A DNA stretch of 64,000 nucleotides from an uncultured Verrucomicrobiae bacterium (GTDB lineage: Bacteria; Verrucomicrobiota; Verrucomicrobiia; Chthoniobacterales; JAFAMB01), in the NCBI GenBank assembly GCA_963804425.1, contig CAWDQF010000007.1:74438-138437 (forward strand). The letters run 5' to 3'. Made by a program: the position numbers and the translations under genes. Each line of letters starts with the position of its first letter. The first letter of the stretch is position 1. Positions 57,107 to 64,000 of this stretch are shown in pieces. Under the pieces are notes generated by a model, which ran no database searches, was not told the DNA's origin, and worked only from the letters and a program-made list of their open reading frames with translations.

Positions 57107-59370
57107 TCAATGGTTTCCCGTTTAGTCGGAATCTTGGATGGCATTCTTCCCTCCCGTGTGCTCTTCGATTCCTCATGGGCAAATGGCTCTGCGCCCTCCG
57201 AGAGTCTCAACAGGCGGAGACTGCGTTCGGGCAATTCGATTTCTTCACTGGCCGGCGTGATTTCGCTTTCCTCGAGGAACCCGGTCGGTATGGCGGTATT
57301 GATAACAGTCTGCCACCGAATTTCATCGCGACCGGGCAAAATGAAAGTCAACGCGTCGTAGTGAGCGTTCATCAGCAGCAAATAGGTATCGTCCAGGACT
57401 GGCTCGCCCTCTCCGTCACGGACATCTCGGGTTGATCCGCTGACGAGCATGCCGAGGCACTTCGAGAAGCCGTTCGTCCAATCTTCCTCCTTCATTTCCG
57501 CGCCATTAGGGCTAAACCAAGCGATATCTTTGACATCTGATCCGCGGATTCTCTTTCCGGCAAAATATTTCGGCCGGCGAAAGACGGGATGGTTCCTCCG
57601 GAATTCAGAGAGTTTCCGAACGAACTCAAAAAGCGCCTGCTGTTCCGGCGCCCAGTCCCAGTTGAACCAGGATATTTCGTTGTCCTGGCAATAAGCGTTG
57701 TTGTTGCCCTGTTGCGTACGTCCAAACTCATCTCCCCCGTTGATCATCGGAACTCCTTGCGACAAAAAGAGGGTCGCTAAGAAATTTCGTTTTTGACGCT
57801 CTCGCAGGTTCTTAATTTCTGGGTCGTCGGTTGGTCCTTCGATGCCACAGTTCCACGAATTGTTGTTACTGTCGCCGTCCCGGTTTTCTTCACCGTTCGC
57901 CTCGTTGTGTTTATCGTTGTAGCTCACGAGATCATTGAGCGTGAAACCGTCGTGTGCTGTAACGAAGTTAATACTCGCATACGATTTTTTGCCTTGATGC
58001 TCGTACAGATCGGGGCTCCCGGTGATCCGATAGCCCAGCTCCGCTAGAGTGCCATCATCTCCCTTCCAGTAGCGGCGCACGCAGTCGCGATACTTGCCAT
58101 TCCATTCAGACCAGGGAACTGGGAATCCGCCCACTAGATATCCCCCTTCTCCCACATCCCAAGGCTCGCTGATGAGCTTGACCTGCGATAAGATCGGATC
58201 CTGCAGCAGGATGTCGAAAAAGGCGGAATTGCGGGAGAAGAGATGCTCTTCGCGGCCTAGACTTGGGGCGAGATCGAAACGAAAGCCGTCCACGTGCATT
58301 TCGCTCACCCAATAACGTAGGCTGTCCATTATGAGCTGCAGAACGCGCGGGTTTTGGGTGTTTGGCGTGTTACCGCAGCCAGTGTAATCCATGTAATAAC
58401 GGGGATCTCCGTTCACCAATCGATAGTAGGCCGCGTTGTCGATCCCTTTGAAACACAGAGTGGGACCAAGATGATTGCCTTCCGCGGTGTGATTGTAGAC
58501 AACGTCCAAAATCACTTCGATCCCGGCTCGATGGAGTTCCCTCACCATCGTCTTGAACTCGCTTATCTGTTGGCCCGTGACTCCCTGGCTGGCATAACCA
58601 CTCTCTGGGGCAAAAAATCCGAGCGTGTTATATCCCCAATAGTTGGTCACGCCGCGGTCCAGCAGAAAACCATCGTCACAATGCTCATGAACCGGCAGCA
58701 ATTCGACTGCTGTGACACCCAGCTTTTTCAGATAGCTGATGGCGGCCGGCGAGGAGACACCGGAATAGCTTCCGCGGTTTTTTTGAGGAACGTCCTCCCA
58801 GAGCTTCGTGAATCCAACTGCATGCACTTCGTAGATTACGGAATCTGCTAGCGGAATTTGGAGTGGTTTGTCGTCCTGCCAATCAAACGCGGGATCAATG
58901 ACTACACATTTCGGCATGAGCGCTACATTATCCTGATAGTCGCGTTTCAGATCTTCGGCAGGATTGCCCAGCGGATAGGCAAACATCTCGGGTCCCCAAA
59001 GTACTTTTCCAGCAATCGCCCGGACATACGGATCGATGACGACCTTAGAAGCATTGAAGCGGTGGCCCTCTTGCGGGGCATAAGGGCCGTAAACTCGATA
59101 GCCGTAAAGCTGGCCGGGTTGAGCATCTGGGAGAAAGACGTGCCAAACATGATCGGTCTTTTCCCGAAAACGGATGCGGACGTTCTCCCGGTCCGCATCT
59201 GGTTCATCGAAGAGGCAGAGATCTATTCCGGTGGCATTCTCAGAGTAGATAGCGAAGTTGACACCGGTCCCGGTCCAGGTTGCTCCGAGGGGATAAGGTG
59301 TGCCTGTCCATACCCGCATCTTATTCATACTCATCGTACCCGTCACGGAGGAGCCGTGGCTTGTCGACAA
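57103..59370 (-). CDS. glgX: Glycogen debranching enzyme GlgX/TreX
   Basis: PYPLGATWTGTGVNFAIYS, YWGYN, GFRFDL and SEPWD. ATGA overlap with treZ. The exact start Met is ambiguous. Confidence 0.92.
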   Translation of the reverse strand: MSTSHGSSVTGTMSMNKMRVWTGTPYPLGATWTGTGVNFAIYSENATGIDLCLFDEPDADRENVRIRFREKTDHVWHVFLPDAQPGQLYGYRVYGPYAPQEGHRFNASKVVIDPYVRAIAGKVLWGPEMFAYPLGNPAEDLKRDYQDNVALMPKCVVIDPAFDWQDDKPLQIPLADSVIYEVHAVGFTKLWEDVPQKNRGSYSGVSSPAAISYLKKLGVTAVELLPVHEHCDDGFLLDRGVTNYWGYNTLGFFAPESGYASQGVTGQQISEFKTMVRELHRAGIEVILDVVYNHTAEGNHLGPTLCFKGIDNAAYYRLVNGDPRYYMDYTGCGNTPNTQNPRVLQLIMDSLRYWVSEMHVDGFRFDLAPSLGREEHLFSRNSAFFDILLQDPILSQVKLISEPWDVGEGGYLVGGFPVPWSEWNGKYRDCVRRYWKGDDGTLAELGYRITGSPDLYEHQGKKSYASINFVTAHDGFTLNDLVSYNDKHNEANGEENRDGDSNNNSWNCGIEGPTDDPEIKNLRERQKRNFLATLFLSQGVPMINGGDEFGRTQQGNNNAYCQDNEISWFNWDWAPEQQALFEFVRKLSEFRRNHPVFRRPKYFAGKRIRGSDVKDIAWFSPNGAEMKEEDWTNGFSKCLGMLVSGSTRDVRDGEGEPVLDDTYLLLMNAHYDALTFILPGRDEIRWQTVINTAIPTGFLEESEITPASEEIELPERSLRLLRLSEGAEPFAHEESKSTREGRMPSKIPTKRETIE

Positions 59371-59498
59371 GAAAAGCGCGCTTTTCTCGAAGTCGAAAAT
59401 GCCAGTTCGCTAGCGGCGGTGGAAGCACGAGGACGAAACCCCAAGGACAAATTGCTAGCTGAAGCAAGAAGAAGCCGCTTTAGTTGTAACGCTGCGTC

Positions 59499-60896
59499 AT
59501 GGAGAAAGACGGAACAAAGCTCGTGGAAAGCAAAATGCGCGAGGCTGGCATCAGCCCTGCCGCTATCGACGCGTTTCTCTATCAGTACCGTAAACTGCTT
59601 GAGCGCGACACTGGATTGATCCCGGAAGATTCCATTTCGCCGATAGAACAATTACCGAGCCTGGATGATACGCCTGCGTCCGGCTTTCCGGACGAGCTAT
59701 TGGCTGCGACCGTTATCTTCAAACTAAACGGCGGCCTCGGGACCAGCATGGGATTAGAAGGGCCGAAAAGCCTGTTGGCGGTTCGTCCGGGGCTCACTTT
59801 TTTGGATGTAATCGTCCGTCAATTTCTTCGAACGCGGTCGGAGCATTCGGCTGAGCTTGGACTCTATTTTATGAACAGTTTCAACACGAGCGTGGGCACC
59901 AAGGCCGCGCTCGAGCACTATCCGAAGCTGGGTGACCCGGCAACGATGGAGCTCCTGCAAAGCAAGGCTCCCAAAATCGATGCAAAAACTTTGCTGCCGG
60001 CCACGTGGCCGAAAAACCAGCAACTGGAATGGTGTCCACCCGGACATGGAGACATCTACCCTTCGCTGCTTGGTTCAGGTCTCCTGAAATCGCTTTTGAG
60101 CGAGGGCAAGAAGTTTCTCTTTGTTTCTAATTCCGACAATCTGGGGGCGACGCTTAATCTCCGTATCTTGCATTACTTTGCGGGTTCTGAGGCCCCGTTT
60201 CTGATGGAAGTGACCCGGAGGACCGCAGTCGATCGAAAAGGGGGACACTTGGCGAGAAGGAATCGCGATGGGCGCTTGCTTTTGCGCGAGTCGGCGCAGT
60301 GTTGTGATAAAGATGAGGCTGCCTTTCAGGATATCAAGCGACACCGTTTCTTTAACACGAATAACCTCTGGATCCGCTTAGAAGCTCTCCGGGACGCGCT
60401 CGCCGCCGGCAACAGGTTTATTCCGTTGCCGATGATTCGGAACCAGAAAAATATCGATCCTCGGGACAAGACTTCGCCAACGGTCTATCAACTTGAGACT
60501 GCGATGGGTGCTGCGATCGAATGCTTCGCCGGGGCAGGAGCCATGGAAGTGCCTCGATCGCGTTTCGCGCCTGTCAAGACGACAGCGGACCTGTTGGCGG
60601 TGCGCTCCGATGCGTACGAGTTGGATGCTCAGTGGCGCTTGGTGGTTCGATCGGAACGACATGGACATGCACCGATCATCCGCCTTTCAGAGGAATATAA
60701 ATTAGTCGATCATCTCGAGGAATTAATTGAGGAAGGAGTCCCTTCTTTGGTGCGCTGTCATTCGCTCAAGATTCAGGGTCCCTGGAGATTTCGCGCCGGG
60801 GTCGAATTAGTCGGAGATGTTTCTTTCGTGAATCGTAGCGCCGAGACCCGGTGGATTGAGCCAGGGAGGTACGCCGATCGCGAGGTGAGAATTTGA
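59499..60896 (+). CDS. UTP--glucose-1-phosphate uridylyltransferase, UDPGP (eukaryote-like) family
   Basis: KLNGGLGTSMGLEGPKSLL, MNSFNT, PPGHGDIY, FVSNSDNLGAT, FNTNNLW and VPRSRFAPVKTTADLL. It is colinear with animal/plant UGPase rather than GalU. Confidence 0.88.
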   Translation: MEKDGTKLVESKMREAGISPAAIDAFLYQYRKLLERDTGLIPEDSISPIEQLPSLDDTPASGFPDELLAATVIFKLNGGLGTSMGLEGPKSLLAVRPGLTFLDVIVRQFLRTRSEHSAELGLYFMNSFNTSVGTKAALEHYPKLGDPATMELLQSKAPKIDAKTLLPATWPKNQQLEWCPPGHGDIYPSLLGSGLLKSLLSEGKKFLFVSNSDNLGATLNLRILHYFAGSEAPFLMEVTRRTAVDRKGGHLARRNRDGRLLLRESAQCCDKDEAAFQDIKRHRFFNTNNLWIRLEALRDALAAGNRFIPLPMIRNQKNIDPRDKTSPTVYQLETAMGAAIECFAGAGAMEVPRSRFAPVKTTADLLAVRSDAYELDAQWRLVVRSERHGHAPIIRLSEEYKLVDHLEELIEEGVPSLVRCHSLKIQGPWRFRAGVELVGDVSFVNRSAETRWIEPGRYADREVRI

Positions 60897-60943
60897 GCCC
60901 CGGCCGTTAGCCGCGGCGGAAGCACGCGCACGAGAAATCGCCT

Positions 60944-61759
60944 TTACAGCCGAAGGAAATCGCGGAGGAACTGGAACCAGAGATAAAACATTCCGCGCCA
61001 CGTATAACGGACCTGTTGGGTGCCGGCCGGTTTCAAGAGGCCGGATCTTACGTTGTGATCGATCTGGGCTCGGAGATCCTGCTCCAAAAGGTCACGAAAC
61101 TGTTCCGGGTTGAGCGGTAGAATGTCGCCGTCGCGTATCCTCTCTCTTTTCAACAGAGAGCGATGCGCTTCACACATTTGACGAGTTGTGAGAGTTGACC
61201 TGACACGGCGAACGCGAGTCTTGGGTGCGAATTTGAGCGAGTAGGAAAACGGGTAATTCCAAGTTACGAAAAGCTGTCCGTCACGAGAGCGAGTCGTCAA
61301 ACTGACGTAATAAAACGCCAATTCTCGCTGGTTCACTAAACATACGGAGGCTTGCACATGGTCGGAGGCCCGATGGAACAATCGCAAAAATTGCTCCTGT
61401 ACGTCCGAATCATAACCGACATCTTCGGCCAGCTGAAAATCCTCTTTTTCAATTTCGTCGGTTAAGTCTTCCAAAAAAGGAAAGAGATCGGTGCGCGGCG
61501 GTGTTTTCTCGCGAAAAGAACGATCGAGCGGTAGGCGAATCCGGCGGATTCGCGTCAAAATCTCGAGCCAGGGCAAAAGGAACCACAAAGAGATTGCGGC
61601 GAATCCCAGGTACCAACTCCCGGTCGGCAAGTATCCGATGAGAAATGAGGCTGATACAAAACAGGTAACGCTCAGTCGCTGGCAGATCGGGCTATGGTAG
61701 GTGCGAAACGCCGCACCTAACACGATGACGCCGAGCACGAGCAAAATGGAAGAAAACAT
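60944..61759 (-). CDS. Hypothetical membrane protein (about 3 N-terminal TM helices + cytoplasmic domain)
   Basis: ORF of 271 aa with hydrophobic N-terminal segments. No family recognised. Confidence 0.55.
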   Translation of the reverse strand: MFSSILLVLGVIVLGAAFRTYHSPICQRLSVTCFVSASFLIGYLPTGSWYLGFAAISLWFLLPWLEILTRIRRIRLPLDRSFREKTPPRTDLFPFLEDLTDEIEKEDFQLAEDVGYDSDVQEQFLRLFHRASDHVQASVCLVNQRELAFYYVSLTTRSRDGQLFVTWNYPFSYSLKFAPKTRVRRVRSTLTTRQMCEAHRSLLKRERIRDGDILPLNPEQFRDLLEQDLRAQIDHNVRSGLLKPAGTQQVRYTWRGMFYLWFQFLRDFLRL

Positions 61760-61786
61760 GGTAGGAAGCGAAAACGAGCCGGAAGC

Positions 61787-62041
61787 TTACGGCATTATCT
61801 GGTGTTGTTGAAGGAATTCTTTAAGGTCATCCGGGCCGAAATCCGCTAGTACGAGATCGCCGACGACCAGGGTTGGGGCATAGGTCTGGCCCGAAAGCCG
61901 TTTCATTTCAGCGAACGAAACGCGGTCACTGATCACGTCAACCGATTTGTATGTGTAACCATGTTCACGCAGGTAGTTCTCGGCCCTGCGGCACCACGGG
62001 CAGCCCGGTTTCACATACAGAATCAACTCTTTCGGAATCAT
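61787..62041 (-). CDS. Glutaredoxin-like protein
   Basis: The active site LYVKPGCPWCRRAENYL is a CPxC thioredoxin fold, 84 aa. Its ATG shares one nucleotide with the M28 stop (TAATG). Confidence 0.8.
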   Translation of the reverse strand: MIPKELILYVKPGCPWCRRAENYLREHGYTYKSVDVISDRVSFAEMKRLSGQTYAPTLVVGDLVLADFGPDDLKEFLQQHQIMP

Positions 62042-63021
62042 TAGCGCTGATCGGTTATTTGTTTGGAAAGGATATAGAGGACGAGATAGCCTGCTTTCGC
62101 AAGTGCTTCTGCTCCGAGATGCTCTCCAGTGTCATCCGCCGTATTCAAAATAGGAGAATCGGCATCCAGCAATGCAATAGCAGGAATGCCGGCCTCTTGA
62201 AACGGAACATGGTCGAGCAAAAGGGGCCGGGTTCCGGGTTCCAGCTTCAGGCCGAGCGCTTCTGCGCCGCTCCGGAATTGCGCAATTAGCCCGGAATCGG
62301 AGTTTGGTGGGTAGGCGAGGGTCGCATTGCGCTCTCCGAGGTTCTCTAAAGACATTGCTGCATGTACATCCTTCGTGTGTTGATTGATGCGCAACGTCTG
62401 GGTGTAAAATCGGCTGCCAAAAAGCCCGTCATTCGGACCGATCTGACGAAACGGCATATGACCATCCAAGAAGAGAAGTTCAATATGAGCTGCCAACCGT
62501 GGATCGGCCGCCAAGGTCCGCGCAATCTCGATGAGAATGGCAGTATTGGCTGCGCCATCGCTGGCTCCCGGGTCGTTTGCGATGCCAAGGTCAAGACTAT
62601 CGATATGCGCGGCCACAACCAGACGCGGAGTGATCACCGGAAGCCGGCCCGAGTGGGCGACCAGACTGCAAAACTCCACTTGGTGACCCGCCTGAGTTTG
62701 TTCACTAAACCGTTGTTCCTCCGCCTGCCAGCCGGATCGTTTGAGCTCCTCGATGATGTAAGGACGGAGTTGGTTTAACGGTTCAGTGCCAGAGATTCTT
62801 TGACCGAAACGGAGTATAGTCTTTGCGGTATCAAGAGCGCGTTCTCCGTTGAATTCTTTCCAAATTGCGTTTTGACGGGGCGGTATAGCGGGCGTCTGCT
62901 TGGCTCCTGGAGATTGATTCGATTCTTCATTTTCTGGTTTCTTTTCGCATGAACAAAGAAACCAAATGGCGACGGCAAAGAGTGCGAGAGGTAGGCGCCG
63001 AAGCGCAGACGATAGCCGCAT
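62041..63021 (-). CDS. M28 family metallopeptidase lipoprotein
   Basis: Lipobox FLCSC, with VVAAHIDS, DGAANTAILIE and LLFLDGH metal-site contexts. Confidence 0.8.
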   Translation of the reverse strand: MRLSSALRRLPLALFAVAIWFLCSCEKKPENEESNQSPGAKQTPAIPPRQNAIWKEFNGERALDTAKTILRFGQRISGTEPLNQLRPYIIEELKRSGWQAEEQRFSEQTQAGHQVEFCSLVAHSGRLPVITPRLVVAAHIDSLDLGIANDPGASDGAANTAILIEIARTLAADPRLAAHIELLFLDGHMPFRQIGPNDGLFGSRFYTQTLRINQHTKDVHAAMSLENLGERNATLAYPPNSDSGLIAQFRSGAEALGLKLEPGTRPLLLDHVPFQEAGIPAIALLDADSPILNTADDTGEHLGAEALAKAGYLVLYILSKQITDQR

Positions 63022-63030
63022 GATCCGGCG

Positions 63031-63912
63031 TCACTCCGCCTTGATACCCAAAAGAACGAGGACGCGCTCAAGGTCGTCGTTTCCGTAATATTGGATTTCG
63101 ATTCGGCCTCGTTTCTCTTGATGGTGAATAGTCACGTGCGTTGCCAACTTTTCTCGCAGACGATTTTCGAGGTGAGCAACCGCATGATTCACCGTTGGGG
63201 GAGAAGGGCGGGCTCCGGTTTTGCCGCTGCGCGCTAAACCATGGCGGGCGAGTTGATCAGCGACGAGTTTTTCAGTTGCTCGGACCGTCGCATTCTGGCG
63301 GATGGCGCGCTCGGCTAGTGCTAGTTGTTCCTCCGCGTTCTCCAACGTGAGTAAGACCTTGGCGTGACCTACACTTAATCGGTTCTGAGAAATATAGCTT
63401 TGGACTTCGTCAGGCAACTCCAGCAAGCGCAACGAGTTTGCGATGACCGATCGGCTCTTGCCCACTCGGTTGGCGATATCTTCCTGCCGCAACGAGAACT
63501 CCTGCGCAAGCCGACGGTAAGCCTGTGCTTCTTCGATGGGATTGAGATCTTCGCGCTGCAGGTTTTCGATCAGCGCCATTTCCAGAACGTCCTGGTCGGA
63601 CGCCGCCCGAATGATCACTGGCGCTTCGCTCAGACCGAGCAGTGCAGCGGCGCGCCAGCGGCGCTCGCCGGCGATCAGTTCGCACTTGCCGTTGACTCGG
63701 CGGACGATGAGCGGCTGGATGATACCGTGCTCTCGGATCGAATCGACCAGTTCCTGCAATTGATCAGACCGAAACTCTTTCCGCGGCTGCAGGGGGCTAG
63801 GGACAATCTCCGCCAATGCTATCCTTTCGATTCGATCGCCGGGTTCCAGACTCGCCGGCTTTGGCGTGTTGATGAGTGCGCCGAGCCCTTTACCTAAAAC
63901 GACCTTGGCCAT
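63031..63912 (-). CDS. parB: Chromosome partitioning protein ParB/Spo0J
   Basis: LQPRKEF, GIIQPLIVR, the GERRWRAA box, and an HTH region. Confidence 0.93.
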   Translation of the reverse strand: MAKVVLGKGLGALINTPKPASLEPGDRIERIALAEIVPSPLQPRKEFRSDQLQELVDSIREHGIIQPLIVRRVNGKCELIAGERRWRAAALLGLSEAPVIIRAASDQDVLEMALIENLQREDLNPIEEAQAYRRLAQEFSLRQEDIANRVGKSRSVIANSLRLLELPDEVQSYISQNRLSVGHAKVLLTLENAEEQLALAERAIRQNATVRATEKLVADQLARHGLARSGKTGARPSPPTVNHAVAHLENRLREKLATHVTIHHQEKRGRIEIQYYGNDDLERVLVLLGIKAE

Positions 63913-63941
63913 AGAATCTCGATGCTAACAGACCCTCTCCA

Positions 63942-64000
63942 TTAACGCAAAGGATCAGTCAATGCTCCGGCGCCCTCTTTCACCCTCGCCAGATCTCCGC
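63942..64000 (-). CDS. Possible 3' end of parA (partial, runs off window end)
   Basis: The minus-strand frame reads ...GDLARVKEGAGALTDPLR-stop 29 nt upstream of parB. The call rests on position only, because the fragment is too short to recognise. Confidence 0.3.
   Translation of the reverse strand, partial: GDLARVKEGAGALTDPLR

Noticed and set aside
1-64000. Search for CRISPR arrays, rRNA/tRNA genes, transposases, integrases, toxin-antitoxin pairs and known defence-system signatures.
   Set aside because: None found by eye. There are no regularly spaced direct repeats, no tRNA-like structures in the few long spacers, and no recombinase or nuclease/ATPase defence-type ORFs. A tool-based scan is still advisable.

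Overview
This 64-kb chromosomal window comes from a Gram-negative bacterium, as shown by TolB-Pal, PlsY/GpsA and HldD. GC looks moderate by eye. The gene content and the long low-complexity tails on several ribosomal proteins suggest a PVC/Verrucomicrobia-like soil lineage, but that is only a guess.

Layout:
- 1-10.9 kb is the S10/spc/alpha ribosomal cluster (rpsS' rplV rpsC rplP rpmC rpsQ rplN rplX rplE rpsH rplF rplR rpsE rplO secY adk map infA rpmJ rpsM rpsK rpsD). It has no in-cluster rpsN or rpmD and is not followed by rpoA-rplQ.
- The next stretch is dense housekeeping: a metallophosphoesterase, a polysaccharide deacetylase, a XylR-like regulator, a frameshifted MFS transporter, hemB, coaX, a ROK kinase, hldD, gpsA, plsY, a GNAT, an ABC ATPase, dxs and xseB.
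- An ECF sigma / anti-sigma / HtrA-like operon follows, then pal and tolB.
- Alpha-glucan and trehalose genes are concentrated here: an AmgK/MurU-like pair, glgE, treY, treZ, glgX and a UDPGP-family UGPase.
- The remainder holds an ankyrin lipoprotein, MBL hydrolases, trmB, comEC, cimA, an L,D-transpeptidase, a SLOG-like protein plus a GT2, a MidA-like methyltransferase, an M42 peptidase, tilS, an M28 peptidase, a glutaredoxin-like protein and parB.

I saw no rRNA, tRNA, CRISPR array, transposase, integrase or phage gene.

Most unusual items:
1. The ECF sigma/anti-sigma operon ends in an HtrA-family protein with His, Asp and Ser all replaced.
2. An abnormally long tolB-pal spacer holds a ~143-nt element closed by an 18-bp perfect stem.
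3. A sugar-1-kinase/nucleotidyltransferase pair is translationally coupled to glgE.
4. A three-ORF hypothetical module lies at 46.3-48.8 kb, including a Roadblock/LC7-like C-terminal domain.
5. An MFS gene is broken at a G5 homopolymer.
6. A ~24-nt REP-like motif occurs three times in intergenic DNA.

I could not identify a clear-cut novel defence or mobile system. The items above are the best candidates, and all functional ideas about them are inference.
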